64,000 bases of DNA. It comes from Armatimonadota bacterium (GTDB lineage Bacteria; Armatimonadota; SYMT01). The stretch is from NCBI GenBank assembly GCA_041690135.1, contig JAWLHY010000001.1:864001-928000 (forward strand). Reading direction: 5' to 3'. Under the pieces are notes generated by a model. That model did no database searches. It saw only the letters and a program-made list of their open reading frames with translations, and was not told the DNA's origin. Below are positions 11,461 through 21,354 of the stretch, in pieces. Made by a program: the position numbers and the translations under genes. Position 1 is the first letter of the stretch. Each line of letters begins with the position of its first letter.

Positions 11461-11538
11461 GGGAGAAGGGAAGAAAGGATGAATGGAAGAGGCGGATCAA
11501 CAGCGCCCATTCTCCCATTCGTCCTTTCCCCATTCCTC
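11461..11538. repeat. Purine octamer repeats followed by complementary pyrimidine octamers (imperfect hairpin)
   Basis: GGGAGAAG GGAAGAAA GGATGAAT GGAAGA..CCCATTCT CCCATTCG TCCTTTCC CCATTCCT. Confidence 0.55.
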
Positions 11539-11674
11539 TAGTCACAACGGCGGTCGGTCCAGGCATCCCGCAGCAGGCTTGACCCGCAGGCTTGCAGGGT
11601 AGAACCCGCAACAGGAGTTGGCCGCGTTCAACTCACTGTTCAAGAGAACAGGCTGTCTCGCAAAGGAATTGAGA

Positions 11675-11965
11675 ATGACGCGCAGCATGCGAGTGACGGC
11701 TCTGGCGCTTTTGGCCTCGCTCGGCCTCACGCTCGGCACGGCCGGGGTGGCGGAGGCCGGGTCCAAGGGGCGGCGAAACACCGCCCTGGCCCTGGGCGCC
11801 GTGGCCGTTTACGGGATCGTCAAAAAGAAGCCCGTAATCGCCGGCCTGGCCGGTGGTGGCGCCATCTACTCTTACATGAAGTCTCGCGAAGCCGCGAAGA
11901 AGGAACGGAACCGGAAGCGCTACACGCGCTACCGGCGCTATCGCTACTCGCGGTACCGGCGCTGA
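11675..11965 (+). CDS. Paralog of 11001..11423 with Arg/Tyr-rich tail
   Basis: Signal peptide ending AEA; near-identical core GSKGRRNTALALGAVAVYGIVKKKPVIAGLAGGGAIYSY. Confidence 0.8.
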   Translation: MTRSMRVTALALLASLGLTLGTAGVAEAGSKGRRNTALALGAVAVYGIVKKKPVIAGLAGGGAIYSYMKSREAAKKERNRKRYTRYRRYRYSRYRR

Positions 11966-11995
11966 TCTATCGGCTTCTCGCGACGAAGTGGTCCA

Positions 11996-12030
11996 AAACA
12001 GCGGCTTCCCGGTGGAGCCGCTGTTTCTTT
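11996..12030 (+). terminator. Intrinsic (likely bidirectional) terminator
   Basis: aaacagcggcttc..ggagccgctgttt followed by cttt; between convergent genes. Confidence 0.75.
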
Positions 12031-12156
12031 CTCTTCCCACGGCAGCTTCGCTGGAGATCCCCTGTCGGATGTTCCAAAGTTGGACCTGACGCAAAGAGGG
12101 GGCACACGGCGGTGCCGTACGCCCCCATCTGCCGTTAAGGTCCTCCAGTCGTTCCG

Positions 12157-13932
12157 TTATTGGACGGTGAATGGAGCGATCACCCGGCCGCTGACCCGGA
12201 TGCGGTCCCCGACCTGGATGTTGTTGACGCTTCCCTGCCGGTTATCGACCGTGATGGAGGCGCTGTCGGTGTAGACCCAGTGCTCGCGGCCCTGGCGGTC
12301 CCGCAGCACCACATACCCGCGGTCCGGATAGACGTTGATGACCGTTCCCTGGAGGTTGACGGTCTCCAGCGTCTGGCGCTCGCCGGCGACCCGATCCACG
12401 TAGCCCAGCGGCCAGTCGTTCCGGAACACCTGGCTCGCGCGGAACGCTTCGTCGGCGCCCAGGTTCTCGACCCGCAGGACGCGCATCCGGAGGTCGTCCG
12501 TCTGCCAGCCGGTGGCGCGGATCCACTGACCCTGGTCCACCGAATGGATCGAGATCGGCTCACCCTTCGCGTCTACCACCATGGCATCGTCGTTGACGTT
12601 CAGGGTCCACTCGTTCCCGGCCGCCTGGACCTGGATCTTGCGAGTGGTGTTGAGCGGATCGGTATCGTCGCTCACCTTGCCGACAATCGTCATCGGCGCG
12701 TTCATGAAGTTACTCGTGCCGGTGGCGCCGGTAGTCGGGAAGGTCTCCCGCGTGCCGGCGACGGACGTCACGTAGCCCTGCTCGTAACCGGGGCGGTAGA
12801 AGGCGCTGCTCCGGAGACCGGCCAAATCCATGCCGATCACCTGGACGCGGTCGACCTTGATCCGCCGCGAGTCGTCCATTACCCGGCCTTCGGCGCGGAC
12901 CCACATCTTCTCTTCGAAGTGGTCCTCATCGACATTCTGGCCGTGATACCCGAACATCCGGGCATCGCTCATGTGGAGGGTGTAATCGGTCTTGTCGGGA
13001 CCCACCCCTACCTGCATCTTTTCTTCGACGGCCTTCGGCTCGCTGGTAACTTCCCCCACGATCACCACGGGAGTGCCCTGGGAGAAGGTATTAACCCCGG
13101 CAGCCGTCTGCGGTCGCACCATGGGCCAGACCATGTTGCGGTCGTAATCGTTGGTAACGATCCCGCGATCCCAGTTGCTGCGGTAGATACCGCTGTTACG
13201 ATAGGCGTCCCAACCTTCGCCCAGCACCTGCATCCGCTGCACGTTGATGCGACGGGCATCCTTCATTACGGTCCCTTCGGCCACGACCCACTCTTTGTTG
13301 TCGAAGTCTCCGGAGCTGTACTTCTCGCCCGCGGGGCCAAAGGCCTGCCCGTCCTCGAAGTGGAGCGTGTAGTCCACCCGCTGGGGACCCACGGCCACCT
13401 GCATCTTGTCTTCGTTCAGCACCGGCTCGCTGGTGATCTCGCCGATCACCAGGACCCGCTCGCCGCGCTTGAAGGGTTTGGTCGATTCCAGAACCTGCCG
13501 CTCTCCCGCCACTGTCTCGACGTATCCCATCTCCATGCCGGGGCGGAAGTAAGAGCTGGTTCGGAAGCCGTTGTAGTCCTTGGAAAGGACGTACAGGCGC
13601 TCGACCTTGATCCGGCGCGGATCCTTCATGACCTGGCCTTCGGCACGGACCCACCACTTGTCCAGTAGATCGCTCTTCGCCAGCTCCTCGCCGGTCGGGC
13701 CATAGATCTTGGCGTCGTCGATGTGCAGCGTGTGATCGGTTCGCTCCGAGCCGACAGCCACCTGCATTTTTCCCTCGTAACCCACGCCAAGCTCGCGGGG
13801 CTGGCTGCTGATTACCCCGACGAGGGTTACGGGAGTTCCACGCGTGATCTGAGTTTCGGCCTGGGCCATCGCGCCTGTCGCAGGCAGCAGACCTAACGAC
13901 AGGGCATAAGCCACGGGCATCCATCGCTTCAT
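12157..13932 (-). CDS. Secreted protein with about five tandem OB-fold-like (DUF5666-like) repeats
   Basis: Signal peptide (AMA-Q); repeats of GEITSEP..KMQVAVG..DYTLH..WVRAEG.VM.D.RRIKV.R; AGGAGG RBS. Confidence 0.75.
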   Translation of the reverse strand: MKRWMPVAYALSLGLLPATGAMAQAETQITRGTPVTLVGVISSQPRELGVGYEGKMQVAVGSERTDHTLHIDDAKIYGPTGEELAKSDLLDKWWVRAEGQVMKDPRRIKVERLYVLSKDYNGFRTSSYFRPGMEMGYVETVAGERQVLESTKPFKRGERVLVIGEITSEPVLNEDKMQVAVGPQRVDYTLHFEDGQAFGPAGEKYSSGDFDNKEWVVAEGTVMKDARRINVQRMQVLGEGWDAYRNSGIYRSNWDRGIVTNDYDRNMVWPMVRPQTAAGVNTFSQGTPVVIVGEVTSEPKAVEEKMQVGVGPDKTDYTLHMSDARMFGYHGQNVDEDHFEEKMWVRAEGRVMDDSRRIKVDRVQVIGMDLAGLRSSAFYRPGYEQGYVTSVAGTRETFPTTGATGTSNFMNAPMTIVGKVSDDTDPLNTTRKIQVQAAGNEWTLNVNDDAMVVDAKGEPISIHSVDQGQWIRATGWQTDDLRMRVLRVENLGADEAFRASQVFRNDWPLGYVDRVAGERQTLETVNLQGTVINVYPDRGYVVLRDRQGREHWVYTDSASITVDNRQGSVNNIQVGDRIRVSGRVIAPFTVQ

Positions 13933-14008
13933 ATGCTTTTCCCTCCTTCAAGGGACCGGAACGGCCCCAGGTATCTTTTCCCGGAGGGCAACCTGTCAAA
14001 CCGGCCAC

Positions 14009-14043
14009 GAAGAAACCCCTGGGTGTTTGCCCAGGGGTTCTTC
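14009..14043 (-). terminator. Intrinsic terminator
   Basis: gaacccctggg..cccaggggtttcttc on the minus strand after the 14086 gene. Confidence 0.7.
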
Positions 14044-14085
14044 GACTTCAGGGATCTTCCGGGATCTTAGCGGAAGAGGCGCCGG

Positions 14086-15615
14086 TTACCTGCGCTTCTT
14101 CCGCTTCCGCAACTGGAGCGGCTCGTCAATGACGACGGGCGGCGGCACGCTCTGGGTGCGGCTGAGGCCTCCCAGCGTCAATATCGGGTAATTGTTGGCA
14201 ATGGCGGGCTGCGGGTACCCGGTCACGATTGCGGGTTCCTCCCCCTTCTTCCTCTTCCCTTTCGAACGGGTGGTCGGAGGCGGCGTGACGATCGCCGGAG
14301 CGCCGGAAACCACTACGTTGGTAGGAGGCGGTGTCACGAGGGTCGGGGAAGTGGCGGAATCAGGAGTCCGCGCACTGCCCGTGGCGACCCGGGCCGGTTT
14401 CTCCACCGTTGCCGGTGCTTCAGGTCCGGCTGGCACTTCCGGCTGCGTTTTGGCTACCACCGGAGTGTCGGCCTTTGCTGGAAGCGCCGGCTTCTCCATT
14501 TCGGCAGGAGGGGTTGCTACCGGCGCGGCAGGAGGATCGTTCTTCGCGACAACCGTGGGAGCGGGCATTTCGGGCGCTGCGGGCGGATCATTCTTTGCGA
14601 CCGGCGGACTAACCGCGGGCATGGTAGGTGGGGTCGGCGGAGCGACATTCGGCATGGATGGTGAAACCGGCGGAGCGACCGCAACAACCGTGCCAGGTGT
14701 GCCGGCCTTCGGGGCGACGGCAACCTTGGTGTCTTCGTTGATGTAGCCGACCGGAAGCTCGAATTCGTCAGCCGGAAGCGTTTCGAGGCTGATTCGCTTC
14801 ACTTCGTGGCTGGCGACGTTCAGCTTGCGCTTGGTCCCCTTCTCCCCTTTGTTCTGGGCGATCGACTCTTCCGTAACCGTGGTCGTACTGGCCAGGGGGA
14901 AGCCCTTGAGCGCGCGGATGCGGTCGTTCATCGCGCGAATGTGCGTGATGAATGCATCGTTCCACTCCCCCGCCATCACCTGCGCCTGCTGAAGCGAGAT
15001 CGCGCTCCCGAACGTCTCGACGTAGGCTGTCTCGAACGGCTCGATCTCCTTAAGGATCCGCTCATCCTTGGTGAGCCAGACTTCCTGGTCGAAAGTGAAG
15101 CTGAACTGGTTTCCGCTAATCTGGTTGCGCACCCCAACCACGGCTCGCGCGATGATACGCTCCGCCTGGAACCCGGCGATCCGCTTCGTCTCGCCCGTGG
15201 GCACGACTTCAATGGCTGTGGTCTGCGAGCTGTAAAGCGAGCGGAGTGGCTGTTCGTTCGGATCGCGCGGGGCCTGGATCCCTTTCTGGAGAAGGCGGCT
15301 GAACTCCTGGAACTTGACTTCCCGATAAGAGCGCTCCTTCGGGTTCAACTCCCAGATCAGTTCCATGTCGGGACGGGCGATTTCCACGTGGGCGCCGTAG
15401 CGTGCACCCGCGTTGTAGAGCACGCCGCTGGTTTCCGCACGCGTGACGATCGACCGCTTGTCCCCCTTGATGAAAGTCCACCGGGTAACGTTCGACTCCA
15501 GGGCCGACGAGCGTTCCTCAATCTTGATATCCGCGTGGGCCGCGCCTGTCCCGGCCAGAATCCCGGCCGCGGCCAGACCGACCACAGAGAGTCCTCGTGC
15601 CGCCTTGCCTCGCAT
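14086..15615 (-). CDS. Secreted DUF4412-like protein with Pro-rich repeat region and basic C-terminus
   Basis: Signal peptide (AHA-D); TGETKRIAGF and FELPVGY motifs; VAKNDPPAAP repeats; ends LRKRKKRR. Confidence 0.7.
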   Translation of the reverse strand: MRGKAARGLSVVGLAAAGILAGTGAAHADIKIEERSSALESNVTRWTFIKGDKRSIVTRAETSGVLYNAGARYGAHVEIARPDMELIWELNPKERSYREVKFQEFSRLLQKGIQAPRDPNEQPLRSLYSSQTTAIEVVPTGETKRIAGFQAERIIARAVVGVRNQISGNQFSFTFDQEVWLTKDERILKEIEPFETAYVETFGSAISLQQAQVMAGEWNDAFITHIRAMNDRIRALKGFPLASTTTVTEESIAQNKGEKGTKRKLNVASHEVKRISLETLPADEFELPVGYINEDTKVAVAPKAGTPGTVVAVAPPVSPSMPNVAPPTPPTMPAVSPPVAKNDPPAAPEMPAPTVVAKNDPPAAPVATPPAEMEKPALPAKADTPVVAKTQPEVPAGPEAPATVEKPARVATGSARTPDSATSPTLVTPPPTNVVVSGAPAIVTPPPTTRSKGKRKKGEEPAIVTGYPQPAIANNYPILTLGGLSRTQSVPPPVVIDEPLQLRKRKKRR

Positions 15616-15792
15616 AGTCACCTCCCAGGGTGCGACAGTCTCGCACGCCCCACATATCCGAGCCCTGTCGCCGACCTATCGGCCGGACGGGACCGGGCTT
15701 ATGAGACGCGCCCTACCACCTTTAGACTGCCTCTCGTTGTGAGTTGGCCGTGCGAAGAAGCGGTTCCTCCCGGCACGAGGATTTTCGTCGGA

Positions 15793-16038
15793 TTATCCCT
15801 GGACCCGGCTGCGCTGGATCAATTCGGACCCCGGAGGCGGGTCCATTGCGGCCTCCCCGTCGACCGGTGTGGTGTCTTGCTGCCATCGATCCCGCGGCTC
15901 TTCCGGCGCGGGTATGTCCGGATGGCAGTCGCGCGGGGCCTCGGGAGCAGGTTGGTCCAGGTAAAGTTTGCGCGTGGCGTTGGAATCCAGTTGGGGATCC
16001 TGGTCCTCATCCGGTTCTACGGTGTGGGTTTTCTCCAT
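15793..16038 (-). CDS. Small acidic hypothetical protein
   Basis: ATG with upstream GGAGAG; 81 aa, D/E/P-rich; no recognisable family. Confidence 0.5.
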   Translation of the reverse strand: MEKTHTVEPDEDQDPQLDSNATRKLYLDQPAPEAPRDCHPDIPAPEEPRDRWQQDTTPVDGEAAMDPPPGSELIQRSRVQG

Positions 16039-16144
16039 CTGCGTGTTCTCCTCCGGATCGTGTTACCCGCGGGGAGAACCGGGTTACACAGGCCCACCAG
16101 CGCACATGGGCAGTTGCCGTGGTTCCGTTATGCCAGCGCAAAAC

Positions 16145-16393
16145 GTAGGGGCACCGGCTCTGGTTGCCCTGTCCTGGCGCAGATCACCCCGTGCAAGCGC
16201 GTAGCCGTGTTGAATTGGGTGGAACCTGGCGCGGAGGTCCAGCAGAACGGGACTCCCACTGCCGGTTCTCGGTGCCGCCGTACCCCTGTGGCAACCCCGG
16301 ATCGGTACAACGGCGGCGTGGTGCACCGGGGCATCCGGTCTTGCGAACGCTGATCTGGCCCACACCGAGGGCAATCAGGGCCGATGCCCCTAT
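16145..16393 (+). mobile_element. REPIN-like element copy 1 (inverted pair of 26-nt GTAG-type REPs with conserved interior)
   Basis: GTAGGGGCACCGGCTCTGGTTGCCCT at 16145-16170; inverted REP at 16368-16393; interior aligns with copy 2. Confidence 0.85.
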
Positions 16394-16430
16394 ATAACCG
16401 CTTGGCGGTGATGGGTGATGAAGGACGAAC

Positions 16431-16982
16431 TCACCAGTCATCCAGGATGCCGCTGTAGGGCCACAAGGTCCAATCATCCACCCAGCCTTTGCGAACCGGG
16501 TTGTTCAAGACGTACTGGCAGCGGATGGAGAACTCTCGGTCGTTCCGCAACAGGCGGTCGTGTTGATCATGCTGCCAGAGTTTTCCGGGAAAGCCGCACT
16601 TCCAGGCGCAACGGGTGGTGTAGCTCTTGAAGTCGGCGAGTTCCTGTAGGAGGTCGCCCTGCGACGGCCGCCCCTCCGCCACGACCCGTTGGATGACGGC
16701 GTGGAAATGGTCCGGCATCACGCAGTAGGCATAGACATGCCATAGCTTTCTTGTGGAACGGTTTTGCAGCCCCTCGCTAACATTCTCCGCGAGGGGCACA
16801 TGCTGGAACGGTGTTCCGTGGTGGCGGGCGCAGAGGGTGACGAAGAAAGCCACGTCGGTGCGGGCATATTCCTCCCGGGGAAGGTGGTGCTCGCGACGCC
16901 GTGGTTGCGCGGCATCACAAGTGTTCAGGAAGGCCTCGACGCTGGTGTAGTCGGAGGCCGGTCGAGCGGGACGCTTGGACAT
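16431..16982 (-). CDS. rayT: REP-associated tyrosine transposase (RAYT, Y1/IS200-like HUH family)
   Basis: FFVTLC, YAYCVMPDHFH (HUH), FKSYT, LWQ..HDRLLR, YVLNNPVRKGWV..WPYS; REP pairs on both flanks. Confidence 0.9.
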   Translation of the reverse strand: MSKRPARPASDYTSVEAFLNTCDAAQPRRREHHLPREEYARTDVAFFVTLCARHHGTPFQHVPLAENVSEGLQNRSTRKLWHVYAYCVMPDHFHAVIQRVVAEGRPSQGDLLQELADFKSYTTRCAWKCGFPGKLWQHDQHDRLLRNDREFSIRCQYVLNNPVRKGWVDDWTLWPYSGILDDW

Positions 16983-17174
16983 GGCAAGGACACGCAGCAG
17001 AGCAAACGATGGACAGCATGATCCGTCCTCGCCACCACGGTGTTTGTTTCACCATCCTGCCGATCGGGGCTCCCCGGTACTTGTCGTGGTTGCGGCGCAG
17101 TCCGGGCCAGGAGATCTCTGCTCTGGTCGCACTACGGGTCAATGGCCCCACGGCAACTCTGTCAGACGGGAAAT

Positions 17175-17414
17175 GTAGGGGCACCCGCCGTGGTTGCCCT
17201 GTTATGGTGTTGATGACGCGGCGCAAACGCGTAGGCGCGTTGGATTCGGTTGGATTTAACGCGGCTGCCCTGCCTACCGGGATACCGACGCGGTTCTTGC
17301 CGAAACCCGTGGCAACCCCGGTTCGGTATAACGGCGGCGTGGTGCACCGGGGCGTCCGGTTTTGCAATCGCTGATCTGACACGCGCCGAGGGCAACCAGG
17401 GCCGATGCCCCTAC
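17175..17414 (+). mobile_element. REPIN-like element copy 2
   Basis: GTAGGGGCACCCGCCGTGGTTGCCCT at 17175-17200; inverted GTAGGGGCATCGGCCCTGGTTGCCCT at 17389-17414. Confidence 0.85.
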
Positions 17415-17442
17415 ATTACCGCCTTGCCGCGTTGGTATGATG

Positions 17443-19083
17443 TTACTCGCCGGACGGCGCCGTCCCCCGCTCGGTTTTCTGCTTCTTACCTCGTGCTTTT
17501 TGGGGGGTGCGCTTGCGGCTGGAACGGGCGAGACGCAGGGGCCGGCGCGCCTTCACGTTGCAGGAAAGGGCCCAGTCGGACCATAGGCCGGCGAGTTCCA
17601 CGGCCTTCTCCGGCATTTCACGAGAAAGGTCGCGTACTTCCGTCCGGTCAGTCTCCAGGTCGTAAAGGTTCCAGCGGCCGGTCGCCTTCGCTACCAGCTT
17701 CCACCGACCCTGGCGAACGGCCCGGTTGCCTTCATGCTCCCAGAATACCGTCCGGGGCGTTACCGAGCTTTTCCCCGTGATTATTGGAAGCAAACTCACG
17801 CCCTGGAGCGGTAGTAACTCACCCCCGTTGCGGCTGCTGGGGTAGGTAGCTCCCGCTGCTTCGAGGCAGGTGGGCATCACGTCGAGCACGTGGCCGACCT
17901 GTGGGGTAAGCTGACCTCCGCGGATGCGGTCCGGCCACCAGGCGATGAAGGGGGTCGCAATCCCGCCCTCGTGGACCCAGTGCTTGTAGAGGCGGAAGGG
18001 GGTGTTGCTTGCTCCGGCCCAGGGGCGGCCGTAGCTGGCGTACGACTGAGGGGCGCCAACGGGAATTCCCGCTACTCCCCGATCGATGGTCTCGGCACTG
18101 CCGCCATTGTCCGAGAGGAATAGCACCAGGGTGTTCTCCGCCGCACCCGTGTGGCGGAGCGTGTCCATGATCCGGCCGATGCCCTGGTCCATTCGATCGA
18201 TCATGGCGGCGTAAGCGGCCATTTTGCGATCCCACGCGGCTTGATCCGTCACGTTCTTCCACAACGGCACGGAGGGGTCCCGGGGTGGAAGCTTCCAGGC
18301 CGGATCGATGATGCCCATCTCCCGCATCCGGTGGTAGCGCTGCTTGCGGAGGGCATCCCAGCCCTGCATGTACTCTCCCTGGTAGCGGGCGATATCTTCC
18401 GCGCGGGCGTGGATCGGCCAGTGCGGCGCCGTGTAGGAGACGTACAGCAGGAACGGGTCCTGGTGGGTAGCGGCATCCCGGATGTAGTCCACGGCGCGGT
18501 CGGTAAACACGTCGGTGGCGTACCAGTCCTTACCGCGCGGCGCCACCGTGCGTCCGTCCTCCAGTATGCGGCGCCCGGCCTCGTGCCCGAAGTAGTTGCT
18601 GCCGCTGCCCAGCAGAGCAAAGGACCGCTGGAAGCCCCGATCCTGCGGCAGGCGTCCCGCGCGTTCCCCCAGGTGCCACTTGCCGGAAAGATAGGTCCGG
18701 TATCCGGCCGGTTGAAGCGCCTCGGCGACCGTGAGGCAGCGGTCGTTCAGGAAGCCCTGGTAGGCCGGGTTCTTGCTGCGGGCAGTCATATGGCCGACCC
18801 CGGCCTGGTGGGGGTAGAGACCCGTTAGCAGGGAGGCACGAGTCGGGCAGCAACGGCCATTGTTGTAGAACTGGGTGAAGCGAGCCCCCTCGGCTGCCAG
18901 CCGGTCCAAGTTCGGAGTGCGGATCTCGCTTCCGTAACAGCCGATATCGGAGAAACCGAGGTCGTCGGCCATGATCACCACGATATTGGGTTTCGTGGTC
19001 TGGGCACGCGGTGCGGCGGCGGTCGGAAGGGCGGCAAGCAGGAAGGGCAGTAGAAGGATCGGAAGCTGGCGGAGGGCGTTCAT
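17443..19083 (-). CDS. Arylsulfatase (formylglycine-dependent)
   Basis: ADDLG, CCPTRASLLTG (CxPxR), GKWHLG, SDNG; signal peptide; basic C-terminal tail. Confidence 0.95.
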   Translation of the reverse strand: MNALRQLPILLLPFLLAALPTAAAPRAQTTKPNIVVIMADDLGFSDIGCYGSEIRTPNLDRLAAEGARFTQFYNNGRCCPTRASLLTGLYPHQAGVGHMTARSKNPAYQGFLNDRCLTVAEALQPAGYRTYLSGKWHLGERAGRLPQDRGFQRSFALLGSGSNYFGHEAGRRILEDGRTVAPRGKDWYATDVFTDRAVDYIRDAATHQDPFLLYVSYTAPHWPIHARAEDIARYQGEYMQGWDALRKQRYHRMREMGIIDPAWKLPPRDPSVPLWKNVTDQAAWDRKMAAYAAMIDRMDQGIGRIMDTLRHTGAAENTLVLFLSDNGGSAETIDRGVAGIPVGAPQSYASYGRPWAGASNTPFRLYKHWVHEGGIATPFIAWWPDRIRGGQLTPQVGHVLDVMPTCLEAAGATYPSSRNGGELLPLQGVSLLPIITGKSSVTPRTVFWEHEGNRAVRQGRWKLVAKATGRWNLYDLETDRTEVRDLSREMPEKAVELAGLWSDWALSCNVKARRPLRLARSSRKRTPQKARGKKQKTERGTAPSGE

Positions 19084-19245
19084 CAGGGGCGGGACTCACT
19101 CGTTCGCTAAGGGGTGTGCCCGGACCACGCTTCTGCGAGCGAAGAGCACTACCAAGCCCAGACTACGGAGACCGGGTGGGTCCCGGCCTCCGTGAAGGCA
19201 TGCAACGGGGTTGCAAGGTTATTGTCGGACGTCAGCGATGCGGCT

Positions 19246-21321
19246 CTACTTCGTGACGGTGAGCAGCACGGGCTCGCTGGCGTGGCTCACCTTCACCACG
19301 AAGTTGATCGATACCTGTCCGAGAATGGCGATCGGCAGCTTGTCGATGGGCGCGGCGTTGGCGGCCGCCTTGAGCACGATCTTCCCCTTCGTGTCCTTCG
19401 GTCCGAGCAGGGTCTTGCTCGCGCCCTCGTCCAGCGAGACGCCGGGAGGCATCGGGTCGCCGTACTTGCGGCCCAGGTGCCGGAGGTAGACATCAAGGAT
19501 GACGTTCTTCTCGTAACCCTTTTGCCGTACCACGTCTACCTCGATGGTGGCGGTGCCGCCGGGCTTCAGCGACACCTGGCTGGTACTCAGCTTCAGCAGC
19601 ACGTCGCTTGGCTCGGTAACGCTGACGACGTGCGTGTTGACCGCGAAGTTACCGCGACCACCACCGGGGAAGTAGATCTCCTGGGTCGGCGTGACTTCGT
19701 GGCGTACGGTTTCATTCTTGCCGCCGGGAAGCGAGATTTCGGCGCTGCCGAACATCCGGATGCGGCGGAAGTCCGGTTTCGTGCCGGGGGCGGCCCGGAA
19801 CACCACGCAGGCCTGGGTCATATTCGCGGGAATGCGATCCGCCGTTACCGTGACCCCGGGCGGCAGGTTCTCCACGGAGAGCTTGATGTCGCCCGCGAAG
19901 CCGTTACGACGGGTGGCGATGACATACATCGCGTAACCGCTGCCGGGACCGAGCAGCGCCTTATCATCATCGGAGCGCAACTCGAAGTCCGGCCGCGCCG
20001 GAGACGCGGCGACGTGGTAGACATAGGTCGCGCCGCCCCGGCTGTGCAGGTCGCTCACCTGCAGGGCGTAGTCGCCGTCCGCGGGGCAGGTCCAGTCGAG
20101 GCGGCTGTCTTTGCCGTCCGCATCATCGTTGTTCGCCAGCGGTTTCCCCTCGGCGTTGACCACCTGGATGAACGGGTCGAGAGAGGAGCCGTAGCGCCGG
20201 GCAAAGGCCTCAAAGGTGTACGCCTGTCCTTTCGTGCCTTTGAACCGGAACAGGTCGACGTCGTTCTCTTTCTCAATGCGCCCGTTCAGACCGGCGGGGA
20301 GGGAGGTCGCCGTGGCTTTGGCGAAGGCGTCGTTGCCGTCCGTCTCGAGGATCTGCGGCGTGTCGCTGACGATGAACGGCACCGGGTTGGTCATTTCCGC
20401 TCCGGCCTTGAGCCGAACATCCATGGGCCCCGGCTCCATCATCGGCACCTCGACCCGGCTCTGCTGCATCCCGCCCAGGTTGAAGCCGACGGGCTGCACC
20501 TCCACCGGCTTGCCGCGCTCGCCGGCCATCGGATAGAGGTTCACCAGGAACGGCTTCCGCGTCATCATGAGGCAGTAGGTCCAACCGGCCATGCCCATGT
20601 AGCGGACGTCGCGGATCTGGGCGACGTAGTTACCAGCCTTCTCGAACCTGTGGCTGAAGAGCGGGTCCGGTCCGTAATAGTCGTCCGCGGTGGCCAACTC
20701 CCGGCCGGACTCGTCCGTGATCACCAGGATGGGATCGGAGTGAGCGCCCCCGGCGCCGGGCGTGAGGTCGTGGATCTTGTCCTGCAACCGGGAAGAAATG
20801 CAGCTGAAGGCAACCTCTTCGCCGGCATTCACGCTGAACTTGTAACAATCCACGTCCTCCGCGGCCTGGATGACGCCCGAGATCATGGCCGGAAGCGTGA
20901 CGGGGTTGGACTGCGCGAGGGTGTTGTTCCCTTCCTTCTCCGCGACCGCCGGCTCCGTACCCACCACGATCTGGCCCACCGAGGAGATGCCGCGCGGCGT
21001 TACCACTCGGAACTCCCTCGGCCCCAGCGGGGCGTCGGCGGCGGCCGTGATCTTGAGCGCCACCGTATCGGTGGCCTTAGCGGGGTCCGCAGGCGGAACG
21101 ACTTCCGCGGTCAGGCCGGGCGACTCGAACAGCACCGCATAGGCGCCCTGGAAGTTATACCGGCCGGTGAGGGTTACCTGCGTCGTCTGGCCCACCTGGC
21201 ATCCGACCGGGTTGACACTGATGACCATCGGGTAGCAGGTTTGCGCGCGGGCGATCCCGGCGAGGCCGGAACCCGCCGCCAGCAGGCCGGCGATCAAGGC
21301 AAGGCGGGAACTGCTTCTCAT
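19246..21321 (-). CDS. PPC (pre-peptidase C-terminal) domain secreted protein, Planctomycete type
   Basis: Signal peptide; EKEGNNT, DVDCYKF, DVDLFRF, LANNDD repeats typical of PPC proteins found next to DUF1549/1553 genes. Confidence 0.8.
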   Translation of the reverse strand: MRSSSRLALIAGLLAAGSGLAGIARAQTCYPMVISVNPVGCQVGQTTQVTLTGRYNFQGAYAVLFESPGLTAEVVPPADPAKATDTVALKITAAADAPLGPREFRVVTPRGISSVGQIVVGTEPAVAEKEGNNTLAQSNPVTLPAMISGVIQAAEDVDCYKFSVNAGEEVAFSCISSRLQDKIHDLTPGAGGAHSDPILVITDESGRELATADDYYGPDPLFSHRFEKAGNYVAQIRDVRYMGMAGWTYCLMMTRKPFLVNLYPMAGERGKPVEVQPVGFNLGGMQQSRVEVPMMEPGPMDVRLKAGAEMTNPVPFIVSDTPQILETDGNDAFAKATATSLPAGLNGRIEKENDVDLFRFKGTKGQAYTFEAFARRYGSSLDPFIQVVNAEGKPLANNDDADGKDSRLDWTCPADGDYALQVSDLHSRGGATYVYHVAASPARPDFELRSDDDKALLGPGSGYAMYVIATRRNGFAGDIKLSVENLPPGVTVTADRIPANMTQACVVFRAAPGTKPDFRRIRMFGSAEISLPGGKNETVRHEVTPTQEIYFPGGGRGNFAVNTHVVSVTEPSDVLLKLSTSQVSLKPGGTATIEVDVVRQKGYEKNVILDVYLRHLGRKYGDPMPPGVSLDEGASKTLLGPKDTKGKIVLKAAANAAPIDKLPIAILGQVSINFVVKVSHASEPVLLTVTK

Positions 21322-21354
21322 GGTCTTCTTTCCAGGGGTACAGGGGGAACGGCA

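Noticed and set aside
16145-17414. CRISPR array or ordinary IS200/IS605 element
   Set aside because: Repeats are inverted pairs with ~190-nt homologous interiors, with no cas genes and no tnpB; the GTAG-REP context fits RAYT
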